A stretch of 20,000 bases of DNA from Catajapyx aquilonaris (Eukaryota): positions 50,905 through 70,904 of the forward strand of contig JYFJ02001733.1 of assembly GCA_000934665.2 (NCBI GenBank), in the 5' to 3' direction. Positions 1 to 12,150 of the stretch are shown piece by piece. How positions within the stretch are numbered: position 1 is the stretch's first letter; every line of letters starts with the position of its first letter. The position numbers and the translations under genes were made by a program. The notes beneath the pieces are model-generated. The model was not told the DNA's origin, did not search any database, and worked only from the letters and a program-made list of their open reading frames with translations.

Positions 1-466
1 CTGCTGCGAATGAGAACTCGGCCCCATTATTTTGTGGTGCCGCAGGCGCGCCGTTATGTTTTAGCTGGTCGTCGCCGTGCTGGTTACAGTATTTCTTTTA
101 TCAGGAACGGACAACAACAAGGCGTGACCTCCTGGCGAGGGTCGATCGCAAACTGAGTCGGTTGACGGTCCCATGAATGGTGCCTATATAGCTCTTGCTT
201 TAGACTGTGGTCACTGTGAGTGTAACCTTATATAGATAATACAGGATTAACATAATTATGCGGAAGTAACATGACGCAGCGTGTTGTCAAACTGCCACAT
301 GACTTTTACTACTTTCTGCAGATCTGTCGTCTCACGATTTTACTGATCCTCGTCCTCCAGAAATGTCCAGTGACGTCCGTGATGTCCATCCTTACCCTAT
401 ATTATTAGGCGATACCGGATATCTGTGTCAAACACGACTCTGTTGAAGAGTCATTTTGACAGAGTC

Positions 467-606
<140 letters not shown>

Positions 607-682
607 ATTCTTAGTAGTGGGGTCAAAGCAGTGTTTTATATAATTATAAAGAGTGAATGTTATTGCTGATATCAACAACGTC

Positions 683-710
683 CTTTCTATTCTTTCTATT
701 CTTTCTATTC
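683..710. repeat. Short tandem repeat, about 3 copies of CTTTCTATT
   Basis: ctttctatt ctttctatt ctttctatt c. Confidence 0.9.
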
Positions 711-1342
711 AGCGTGCGGCTGAAGAAGAATGACGTGACCTGTGCTAAGTGATCCATTCTGGCCATGCACTGCGTGAATATTGTTGATATGGACACGTAA
801 TAAGGAAATAACTTCCCCTCAATGAGAATCTGAATGACTTGACTGGAGCTTGCAAGACAAATCATAATTATGTGTTTACGTGGTGGTGTTATGGTGTGTA
901 AATGGCAACTCTCGATAATAATATAATTATCTTCAATATAATACGTATTACTGTTGCCAGCTCATGCACTCCTCTTCCTGCAACCTAATCTTCAGACCTT
1001 AGCATACTAAATGCAGACTTACAACCGTGCGACCAGAAGATAATATTATGATGGAGATCATAATCATGAACTCACCGACGACGTGGTTTCAATTAAACGT
1101 GCCTGAACCAACAGGACTAAACACAAACATCTGGTTGCATTCAGATTCATCTTGGTTAATGTTTATTCCTATAGAAACTTATAAAAATGCATTTACTGGT
1201 GCCTTACTTGGTGCCTTTACTACAGGATACTTTCATAATATTACACCAAAATAGCGTATTAGTGATAATGCACCAAAATGCTCACATCGTGCGTGGATCG
1301 CTTGACTACAAAATCATTTTTTGCCTGGTCGAGGGTCCAGGG

Positions 1343-1393
1343 TCTCAGTTGCTCACTCTCAGTTGTTCTCAGCTTGTTCTCAGTTGCTCACTC
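1343..1393. repeat. Imperfect tandem repeat, 4 copies of a TCTCAG(C)TTG core
   Basis: tctcagttgctcac tctcagttgt tctcagcttgt tctcagttgctcac. Confidence 0.8.
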
Positions 1394-4242
1394 GTGAAAT
1401 GGACTGTCTTTCCGAGGAGTCCTCGAGTCTGGAGTTGGTTAGGGCGCCACGTGAATCCGTCCAACGTGTCCGGCTGCTGTTTGTGTTGGTTAAGTTTTTT
1501 TTGTTTGGTAATCAACTGCACCTTTCGGCCTGAATATTGTGTGCTGCGAGAGGAAGCTGTTATTTGATTGGAAGGAAAATAATAAAGTTATGTAACGGTC
1601 TTATCCACCTTCAACGGCGGAGATCGGAGTTGTCGGTACATCTTCCCAACACTATACAGACTGTAGGTCCCATGGTCGGCAGCGCTATGCACTCTTCAGC
1701 GCGGTCCCGCATGTTACAAACAGGACAGGCCGCGGAACAAATTAAAGGTATTCTCCTGCATTATCCTTGGAGAAAGTCAACACAAGAGGAACGTGTGACT
1801 TTTTATTAACCTGAGTATGCTTCCGGAATAATTAACATTTTAGAGACAAAAGTGCTCATTTGTAGGACATATTAACATGAGATGTCAGTCAAATTAGGCC
1901 ATTTCGGGCACTCTTCATGAACCCATGAAGGCTGAAATCGTAGTAATTTATAAGACGAAACTTATCCTTCGGTTGATCCGTCGGTTGATGACTTACGACT
2001 CGTAGCCTACAACTGATCTGGGTGTAGTATATGACGTATGATTCCATTCATCTGTCTCAATGGCTTCAAAATCTCTCGATTGAATAGGATGTTACTGGGC
2101 AAAGTGCGATTCCGAGATGACTCTTGCAAGCAAGTACAGCGACAATTATTCTGACATAATTTACACAACTTGCAAATTAAATGCCTTATTAGGCAGCATG
2201 CCTCAAATGCTATATACGGTATACCAACAAGCACTTTCAGAGGAAGCTATACCACACGAGGGGACAGGATGTTGACCTGTCCACTGGACTACGACATGCC
2301 CCTGATGATATTACTCATCAGATATGTCGGATCAAACATCACCACCGAATATATATTGCATAGAACGAATCAACCCAACATGATGTTTTAACACGTTATA
2401 ACATTTACAGTGGTCGTGCCGGTAATGATGTAAAAATTATGTTGGAAAGTTTCTGGTAAAATGTGATTGCATTACAGACGAGTGTTAATTCTTATAGCCT
2501 GTGAATTCAGGAAATATGACGTTATGGTCGGAAATTTAACAGGTTTTGTTACCATACTGTTTGAACCTCTAGCAGTCACTGACCCAGAAACTCTATCTAT
2601 AAAATAATATACCTTGAGATTTACATTATCGTATGTTCCAAGCCCTCTTCTTATGACATGTGCACAGGTGTATACTGTACCTGAAACCCAACGTACAATG
2701 TACAGTACATAGATTATTTTGTATTTAACCATTCACTGCACTGGGACGGCATAATATTTTATCATTATGTTAACGTATCCGGAGTCTCCGCAGAAAAGTT
2801 GCCCAGATTATGGGGCTACAAGCACGAGGTATAAAATATAATTATAAAATAATATAACTTACTTGTTGCTATAATACTTCACAGTGTGTTTCTGCAAACT
2901 GCCCTTTTAGCAATATCGGCACGTACACGTCACTCACTGCTCAGTTTATGAATATGCTCTCCTTCCGTCTGGTTCAATATATTATAAGCTCTTTGGTCTG
3001 GTTATTGGTTGATCCTGCGCCGACAATGATTGGAGTCACCACCGTGTAGTGCATAAGTACCACACTTTAGTCGCAGTGTTTGGTCAGTTGCAGGTCAACA
3101 CCTATAGGTCACGGGTCACTCTTATGAGAAATCAGTGACAGCATTTTGAACCAAGTGCCTGCAGGTAAGAGTATCACTGACTATATACATAATAAATTAT
3201 AATAATTGTTATTGTCAGTTGCAGGAGCGGCATGACTTCGGGTCCTTTTGGGCAGTAAGATTCCTCCTTCTATCTGCCGTTGAGTCCTTGGAGATCGTAC
3301 TATGGCTGTTCCACTCCGTATTATGTATGGGCAATTTTTTTGTGCCTTTCCTATTGGATTTGGGGATGTTTCCTCGAAACTTTGTTTTGAAATAATTTCC
3401 TATAGTCTCTATAGCCTTTCTTGTATAGTTGGAGAAGAAGTCACTCTCGCTAAATTGGCGGGTGATAAAACGAGTAATCGAGAGTCAGTGCACATAATTA
3501 TAGCTACATCATTTTGACCCCAGCTGATTTTTGACTCTCATTTTTATATAAAATATTAGAGCCTCTAAAGCTCGATTGGGCAATAGAAGTGGCTAGAATT
3601 TACAAGTGCTGTTTTTACAGAATGTCGTAATCAAATGCAGTTATTCGAGGTTCCGGTACTGGTCCTTTACATTGCAAGTGGCCAGGGTTTTCGTGATTGG
3701 GATTGACTGTGGACTGATCGTCTGGAGAAGACATGTGTTTTTGTCCTGTCTGATGCTCACCTTCCATCAAAATCGAGGCTGCGTTATACATACTCTTCAT
3801 AAGAAGTGGTATAAATAAAATCGAGTGAGGCGGAATCTGTCACCAAATTCTGCGCCCTTACCGTTAGTGACGGGACAATCACCAGCATGCTCTTACAAAC
3901 ACTGAATATATTCCGTGGACTGGCGTCATTGTCTCGGCACGGAAGGAATATGCTGTCCCTTGATCGCCCTTTATTTTTTAACGTGATGGGGGAACCATTC
4001 GAGCCTGAAAGAGGGTATAAGTAGTTCGTCGGGGTGTCGCAAAACCTGCGGAGGTGTGCGTCCCTTTGATGATTCAGTATTGCGAGCAGTATTCTGGATA
4101 ATAAAACACATCACAGGCGCAAGTGATGGCCTTCCGTTTGGATTCTTTTGAATGTCTTTGACCAACCACCGAAATGTGCTTCATCACTTTGGCCACAGGG
4201 TTAGCCTATTCCATCATCAGCAGAACTGTCGAGTGTAATATA

Positions 4243-4666
4243 CAGGGTGTATCTGAACTCAGTGCCCCGACGTATATGACTGCCTTCCTAGCCACCAGAG
4301 GATCGATTTAAGTATAGGAGTCATTATGTTTGGCCGCCGCATTACGGAGATAATTGGCCGCAAACATGTAGTACAAAATATCCTGTCGGTTAGGCCACCC
4401 ATCGAACCCTCCCCCAGTCAGAAGGCTCTGGAAGGTCTGGGGGCCGGACTTCGTTGGTTTGTTGCCCACAGGTGGTAAGGCCTCTTTGGCGAGTTACACC
4501 AGAAAATTCTATTTAAAAGTCAGAAGGAGCGATTAGGCAAAAATCGCTAAAGAGTGTATCTCCGTAATGCGACGGCCAGACATAATGACTCCTATACTTA
4601 AATCGATCCTCTGGTGGCTAGGAAGGCAGTCATATACGTCGGGGCACTGAGTTCAGATACACCCTG
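4243..4666. mobile_element. Non-autonomous Tc1/mariner-superfamily MITE, 424 bp, with 110-bp TIRs
   Basis: Left TIR 4243-4352 (CAGGGTGTATCTGAACTCAG...) matches the reverse complement of 4557-4666 (...CTGAGTTCAGATACACCCTG) with 2 mismatches by eye. TA on both sides (4241-4242, 4667-4668). CAGGGTG end is typical of Tc1-like elements. No transposase ORF. Confidence 0.95.
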
Positions 4667-6658
4667 TATACTATGACGTCGTTCAAATACGTGTGATGCA
4701 GGATGGAGAGGTTCATTATTCATTGCCTACTTAAATGTGGGATCACAGATGTCTGGGTCAAACGGTGTTAGTCATTTTAAAAGTACTCTTGTTCCTATAA
4801 AATAATGTCACGACACCTTTTTTTTCCCCCTGGACATCCTACATGATTGCACATTCATTGAGCTCTTCTCCTGCAGAGCAGTTTCACAATTGAAACGTTC
4901 GATGAGAGAGGCTATACAGATGCGACATGTGAACAACTTTTTTGCAATAGGCCTATGGTATTGTCTATGAATGAACTATAAAATACATGCTACACTTCTC
5001 TTGCCGGATGGGTGACAGCAACCGATACGAAGAATAACGGTATATCACGAATGTCCATTTTTTAAATTGGTAACTAACAATAATTTCCTTGTTCGTCTCA
5101 GGGCTTTAATCAATATGACTGAAAACCAACGCTGAAAACAAATAGCACCTTATCGACACTATACACTATAAATGGCCGCCACCAGGGTCGCCGCGGTTAT
5201 TGCTTCAGCGCATAGGTCACGTCACCGGCGGATCTGCAAAAACAAGTTGTTTTCTTTAAGGTAACTTATGGTTGCTGGTATGGTATATAGGGTCACCTGC
5301 ATGGAAGGGACTAAAGGTCGCATTAATGCCGGTCACTTGTCTTCTTTCTCGCTTTTATAGGCTGGGTGTGGTACGTATCGTATACGTCTGCTGTGATTAT
5401 TTGTGTACGTCGTTTTCGACAGCTTGGTTACAATGAAAGGTGATCCAGGGATCAATCGAAGGCCTCACTCATCGCTTCCGGGTGTCGGATGAGTATATAC
5501 GTAGTAGACCTACAGCAATAGGATCTGCCACTTCATATGAAGAGGTAACAATCATCCGGCGCGTCCCCAGTTAGGTATTAGGTCCGAAGTGTCAGCAGGG
5601 TGCCGCCGTCAATAAGAATCTAAAACACATGCCGCGCGTACTAATACTATTGTATTCAGTCCAGATTATCTTGTCAAGAGAAAAACATATTAGGACATTG
5701 GCTCTTTTCCCTATATATAGACATGATTGTATTGATATTCCTGCCTTCCAAGGAGCAATTGGTCGACCATGATGGACCTGCAGGACTGGCCATCAGGTAT
5801 AATATTTTGCGAGATGTACACAAAGGTTATTTTCTACAAACCACATCAGGTCTGCCTGGTTATACGATGACATCAGTTCATTTTCCGTCGAGGCCGGTGA
5901 TAAAACCTATCTGTAGAAGTGGCATGGTGATTGCTGGATTCCTGATGACATGCGCAGTGGGAATGGAGGACTCATTACGATCTATAGGTTGCATTTGCTG
6001 CCAGTCTCTCATGGACACCTCATTACGTGAACCTTGACATGAACGAATTATTGTCTTCTTACGGGGGCCCTGAACGTCCAACATTATTTTCCAATATGGC
6101 AGGGTGGACAATGCCTATCCTCCTCTCCACCGATGCCAGTGGATTATTCTATCACTTTACGTTTTGTTGGACACAGGATGAGTAGTGGCTCTGGATTTCT
6201 TCACCTGATGCTCCCTTGCTGTGCGCCGTTTCATAACGGCCTCTCTCATTCCGCAGAATTCATTCTGAAAGTTAAACAATGTTACATATCTGTGTGCCGT
6301 AAGGTTTCGTATACCAGTTGCATTGCTCGCCTTATTCGAGCATATAATATTCCATAAGGAGCACTGATTCGGATAGCAAGCCTAACTTAGTGTTCCTAAA
6401 TTTTCTGCCAAATTTGCATCATATTAAACCTCACCACTTTTATGCTCACCGCGATTGGCAATAATTATGTTGTGTTCTGTGATAGAGAGAGAGAGGGAAC
6501 AATCTTCGTCACACTTGTTCCTTCCCTTGGCAAAATAATGTATATGATAATTCTTTTCGTTTGATGTTCTACAAGTAAATCGCCCAGCTAACTTGTAAGT
6601 TCGTTGAACCAGTCAGAGAGCAATGTACAGGGAACAATGTGTCAGATGCTCCAGCAAT

Positions 6659-6692
6659 ATTAATAATAATAATAATAATGATGATGATGATG

Positions 6693-6723
<31 letters not shown>
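6659..6723. repeat. Compound microsatellite (TAA)n-(TGA)n-(TAA)n
   Basis: Directly visible. Confidence 0.97.
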
Positions 6724-6724
<1 letters not shown>

Positions 6725-8027
6725 TTACTGTATGGTGATTATGAGAGTCGACATGAATCCATGTAGAATTTACAATCATACATCAGTGGTGTAAGTATGT
6801 AAATATATCCATAAAGAATAAGCAACGTAAACGCATGTTGTGGGCATCACGAGCGGGCCATCTTTTCCCTCGCGACGATGCAATCTCACATAGAGTGAAG
6901 TGTGTTACATGTAACAGTGCGATGTGTTGTGACCGAGTTGCAGCAAGATGTTACAGGAACGGAGAGATAATTATCCTTACTCCGTGTTTTTTACAAAGTA
7001 AAATGTTGTATGTCGGTCCAGTCGCCAACACCATTGTCTCCATGAGGACATGACTCGGGGCATCAGGATTCCATTGTTGGAAAGGGTATTATATTGGTCC
7101 TGATCAAGGGAATGTCGAGAAATCGCCTGGACGAGAGGAGATGTTGGATTTCTTGATTATATATGTATATACGTAGTAGGCCTTATCTGCTCTCCACCTC
7201 TACTGAGCAGGTCAAAGTGAGATTAAATAAGAGAAAACAAGATTAGATCGCACAGTCCTTCAGTGACGCAGTACCGGCAGAATGAACATACACTTGGTTA
7301 AACAACCTAAAAGTTTTCTCTCGCGTATTATTATCATCTGAAATGGAAGTGACAGGCATTCTCTGGTGCATGTGCCGCACTATATACCATAAATTGCCCC
7401 TCATCCGGAAGTTATTAGTGTAGTGTGGTGATGATAAAGTGCCAACTTATTTCGAAGACCTCGCGACGATTGATTTGAAACTGCGACTCCTCTTTGTCTA
7501 AAAACTACATAACAAAAGAATATCAATGAGTAATGATAACCTGAGCTGTCGCAACTAGCTTTTTTTCTCGTACACGGCGTAGCTAGAGGTCTTTTCCAGG
7601 TGGTACACGAGTGAATATGATGGCAAGTAGAGGCTAATAATAATCGTCTTTCTGCAAGCAGTGAAACGTGAGGTAATTGCTTGACTCACTTCAAAAAGCA
7701 TTATAATGTCTGTAATTTTATACTTATAATCATAATGCTGGCTTGTTTCATCTGCCAGTATAGTGGCCACCTTATTGACCAGTCTAGGCCAATGATAGGG
7801 TCAATATGAGCAATAGTATAAGCTTACTTGTATTATACAGAAGTACCCGTCGCTTGATAGGGTCATTTGTATGACGTAAGTATTCTGTGCGACAATCCGA
7901 AGAAACATGCCCATCGCCATGTCAAGATCACACATACATAGAATAAAAATTAGAAGCAGCAGTACGGCATAGCAATACGGCGTCATAATTATATTGTCTG
8001 CTGCTTTTTGCTATAGCCTATAATGTA

Positions 8028-8655
8028 CAGGGTGGACGGAAAGTATCGGACCCGCCCAGATTTTGGATTGTAATGTGTGTCCTGGAGGGTACTGGATGTG
8101 CCTGAGGAGATATTCTTAATGTGGAAATGTGTCGCGTTGATTAATTTACCAGGGTAGAACAAAATGATGTCTACTGTTCTTTTGTACCCACGAAATAATT
8201 GAAAGTAAAAAAAATGAAGGGTACCAAAATGATTGCAAAGTAATGAACCTGGGTCCGCCAGAAGTTGATCAAATATTATTTTTCATATTTTTATTCGACC
8301 ATGTGAGAGACCAATGCGAAAAATAAGATCAGGAATGAATTCGCCACATTTTCATGAAGGGGAACTAGGGGAAAAATGGGTAATGAAAACGTCACCTGTT
8401 GCAGAATACGACCAGATTCCTCCGAGGCAACAAGTAAAATAAACGCAAAACAGATAAGATTTGTGTGGATGAGTCACATATTATAGTCGAAGTTATAGTA
8501 ATGGAATTATTGCGGAAGCGAATGTGCTGGCATGTTGTCAAGATTGTATACTTCAACTGCTTGTGCCATGTGTACATTTCAAAGACGCTGTGAAATGTAG
8601 AGTTCAAAAACATGGGGAGGGGGGGGGGGCGCTCCGAAACTCTCCGTCCCCCCTG
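8028..8655. mobile_element. Older non-autonomous Tc1/mariner-type MITE, about 628 bp, with about 30-bp imperfect TIRs
   Basis: Left CAGGGTGGACGGAAAGTATCGGACCCGCCC versus reverse complement of right end CAGGGGGGACGGAGAGTTTCGGAGCGCCCC. TA at 8026-8027 and 8656-8657. Confidence 0.82.
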
Positions 8656-9976
8656 TATATGCAATAATTATAATGATATAAAAGTTGGTGTTCGACGTAC
8701 ATTCCGCGTGCCAATTCCTCAGCGCAAGAAAGCCGCATAACTTTGCTGCAAGGACTTTACTCTATCACTACCTCACGTGACAAACTGGTTACGGTAGTGA
8801 GCTCATTTATGAAACACACAAGGTGTCCACTACACAATTTTGGTATTGTCAGTGCTCTTCAAACATTTTCTTACTCGGGCTCGGGTGCATGAAATTTAGA
8901 AACAAGCTTAAATTACTGGGCTGCATAAATATTCCTTAACACTTGTTATAGGGCGTTGTCGGGGGATAGTCGCTCCGGACGACAACTTTATTTCCTTCCC
9001 TGACGTCATTGTCACATGGAAAATACATTCTCCCATTTCATGCCAGTTTCTCTTTTCGACATAATTATTATTATTTCCTCCCGATTTCACCTATATATGG
9101 AAGGCAGTAGCAGTGGGAAATCTAGCAGTAAATTCAATCTCCACACGGCATTATACAGTAGGAAATTTACTTGTAGGACTAGTAGGGGATAATATGAGTG
9201 TGGCAGAATGTACGAATTAGTAGCCTTATGCGAGCCTAATTAATAAACAATGCTTTGCGTGTATTCACAAGCAAATAAACCAGACAACTCTTCTCCGGAT
9301 GTAACGGGGAATATTATATTGGTACACCTGATGGCCTTGGTATATAGCCTAACTGTGGCAGTCTTTCTTCTCGGAAGGGTGTCTTGGGTACCTATAATGT
9401 TAACGTGATCGGAGGTTATATGGACAACATACTGCGAATCAGATGGCTCGTCAAGTCACTCTTTTTAATTTCGAATCGATTCTCGTACGATTGAGTGTTC
9501 AATGTGGATATTGGTCGACTCCTGAGATAGAGTATGATGTGTGCGTGGGCTAGCTATGCTGACATTGCGAAGCGGCTCGCAATGAGCATTCATTCCATCA
9601 ACCAATCAATTTATTTAACTTCCCTATTTTAATCTATGGAGGGACCCGACTCTTTTCATGATGCATCTGTCATCACAATGAGCATTGATTCATCAGGTAT
9701 AGTTCATCCCAGGGCAGTTCTTAAACAGAATCGTGTTGTTGTCCTCCTCTATCAGAACTCGTCTAAAGATTTTGTTTTTCGATTGACCTCTCCACCAATC
9801 CGGCGATCCTACACTCCACCTCATTCCTACAATATGAGGTAATGGCCTACATAATTATCTCAGCATAATATTCCTCAAATAGGCCTGTGAAGATTAGTAT
9901 TAGACGTTCCCTTTTGTGATCGTGATCAATTGTCTCGGCTCTCGTCCGCCTACGTAGTGCATGGGCCAGAAGGTTT

Positions 9977-9977
9977 C

Positions 9978-10066
<89 letters not shown>
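9977..10066. repeat. Compound microsatellite (CAA)n-(TAA)n
   Basis: Directly visible; explains the poly-T/V/L/C ORFs at 9900-10237. Confidence 0.98.
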
Positions 10067-10071
<5 letters not shown>

Positions 10072-10459
10072 ATATATAATATCCTTGATGCGATGGTACA
10101 TGAAATTGATGAGAAAGTAAATATTCGCTTGACGATGAGTGAAGAGGGGTGGCGATGTGGGCGCACAAGGTGATGAAGGATGATCGTTGATCATCCTGAC
10201 TGTTGAGGGCCACCCAAGTGGCTCCTCTGCTCACCACGAAGCCAGACTCTCAGGGGCACAGAGAAGGGGAGTCCTGGTGGTTGCATCAGTCCCAGCTATA
10301 AGATACAGTCTGGCCGGAGACGTATTATTTTTGGACAGATAGCATGTAACAATAACATGGGGTTCGTTTTACAGCGGCCAATTTGGCGATTAGTTTGTAA
10401 CCATGTGATATGTCTCACAGATGCTCCAGGCAACCTGTTTTGCCTTTTGCACCAATGTG

Positions 10460-10478
10460 TTTTTTTTTTTTTTTTTTT
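10460..10478. repeat. Poly-T tract
   Basis: Run of about 19 T. Confidence 0.95.
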
Positions 10479-10579
10479 GAAGCCCTTCAGCAGCTGATAT
10501 ACGAAAAGGTTGTGCAACACCGTACGCTGGATCCGTCGTTGCAACCTTGTATTAGATATGCATTTGGCTGGAGTTTGAC

Positions 10580-10580
<1 letters not shown>

Positions 10581-10616
<36 letters not shown>
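10581..10616. repeat. (AG)n dinucleotide microsatellite
   Basis: About 18 AG units. Confidence 0.98.
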
Positions 10617-10618
<2 letters not shown>

Positions 10619-11089
10619 GTGATGGTGGTGACTCCTCCTCTCCTTCTGCCTCAACACAGCATCATTCTCATTGTCTGCTCCAAATGTCTTCAGCATGATG
10701 CACCGTGAGCGGTCCTACGGGGTTCCAGGAGTACATCAAAGTTGGAACTCGCTCTTCCAAGATGACTGTTGATTAGCACGCTCGTTTGTTACACCGGCAC
10801 TCCGTCGACATGTAGATTTTACAGAGAAGCCCTGAATCAGGTGGTGCTTGCTGGGAGAGCTGGACCTTGAAGCAGCCAACCTACCAACCATTCACAATAT
10901 CATGGATGTCTTCTCTCTGGATCTACAGAAGATGCTAGATGAACGTGGTTGTCGAGTAGTCGACATGATGATTACGTCACGGTCGTCACCGTGCAACAGT
11001 CACGAAGGTGGTTCTCATTGACACTGCGTCAGTCATTTCAAATAGGATTACACATGGAGCAACAGTCAACAGGCACAATTTTGGCGACC

Positions 11090-11090
<1 letters not shown>

Positions 11091-11152
<62 letters not shown>

Positions 11153-11185
11153 GACGACGACGACGACGATGTTGTTGTTGTTGTT
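11091..11185. repeat. Compound microsatellite (AAT)n-(GAC)n-(GTT)n
   Basis: Directly visible. Confidence 0.97.
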
Positions 11186-11301
11186 ATTTAGAGGTGTTGG
11201 CTCTACCACACCAACAAGGTGTAAATCCAGAATGGGTAACAATTTTGTTTGAAATTAAAACATTTTCCTATAGCCTTACTCGACCTCATTAGGTGCAAAA
11301 C

Positions 11302-11378
11302 TCGACGCCTAAGGATTATATTGTCGTATGTCCACGTTTTAACAATGGACATACGACAATATAATCCTTAGGCGTCGA
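11302..11378. repeat. Perfect 33-bp inverted repeat with 11-nt loop
   Basis: TCGACGCCTAAGGATTATATTGTCGTATGTCCA (11302-11334) is the exact reverse complement of 11346-11378. Confidence 0.97.
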
Positions 11379-11469
11379 ACTGTTAAGTGAACCAAAATGG
11401 CACTTTGAGCAGCATAAAAGATGTTAGTATAGTCCTGGGGTGCAGGTGAGGTTAAATATTTGTGATACT

Positions 11470-12150
11470 GATGCTGTCTTTATTATTAGGGTGATGATTA
11501 CTGGCCCAGCATACACTTCGAGCTTTCGCATAAGCTTTCATCGCAGTTAATTTTGATGACGAAGAACAACCAGATTTTTAAATAGGAGTGAGGTCATTTG
11601 AGTAACTCTTATAAAAGCTAAAGTAGCAGGGTGAATAATCATGTGTGGGTTTTCAGTTGTTGGACTAGTTGGAGACGTCACTGCGGTGATGTTACTAGAC
11701 AACGAAGGTGTCACTGATTAGCCTTTTGGACTGTTCCTTTGGGCAAAACCAAAATTATAATTATCAGCAGAGATAATAATAATTATAAGGAAATATATGT
11801 CACTGGTTGCCAGCTGTACGATAGATACTAAAGATCGCCCTGGTTAGGGAAACTGATGATTGAATGCATGTCTTGCTCCAGCTCAGTAACAATAGGGAAA
11901 ATATGGGTATTATAGACTGCATTAGTAGTGAAAAAATCAAGTTGCATTTGGTAGGCTACTGCATTATTATAATGAGGTGGTTGCTGAGGGTTTCGAGCAT
12001 TATTTTAAATATCGTTCCTTCGTCAATGCTGAGTCAGCGGCGTTGGTTGAATGCTGTACTAATAATGCCTTTTGATCGATGGAGACAATAGCCTTAAGTG
12101 ATAAACTGTTACGCTGCTCCAAACCTTTGGCGGAGGATGCTGCGACGTAT
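11470..12150 (-). mobile_element. Putative highly decayed 3' end of a Penelope-like retroelement (GIY-YIG endonuclease remnants plus degenerate hammerhead-like motif)
   Basis: Minus-strand peptide fragments in different frames but in the expected order: EGTIFKI (about 12001-12021), KCNFDFFTTNAVY (about 11912-11949), ARHAFNH, GDL/VSIVQL, SPKG (about 11721-11732). Then CTGCGATGA-AAGCT-TATGCGAA-AGCTC-GAAG (11516-11546) and AATAAA. The core YIG motif is not seen. Similarity judged by eye only. Confidence 0.4.

Noticed and set aside
105..176. Possible terminal exon ERTTTRRDLLARVDRKLSRLTVP* after TTTTATCAG
   Set aside because: Splice signal is plausible, but it is too short and has no recognisable homology.
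2292..2328. CTGATGA-containing hairpin as a hammerhead ribozyme
   Set aside because: CTGATGA is paired with TCATCAG and no GAAA core follows; only a short interrupted stem.
5878..6111. YWKIM...IIRSCQ resembling an integrase zinc-binding region
   Set aside because: The second Cys and the downstream catalytic motif are missing; probably chance.
9640..9810. Minus-strand PDESMLIVMTDAS and GLVERS resembling Gypsy RNase H and integrase motifs
   Set aside because: Motifs are short, in the wrong order and spacing, and surrounded by stops.
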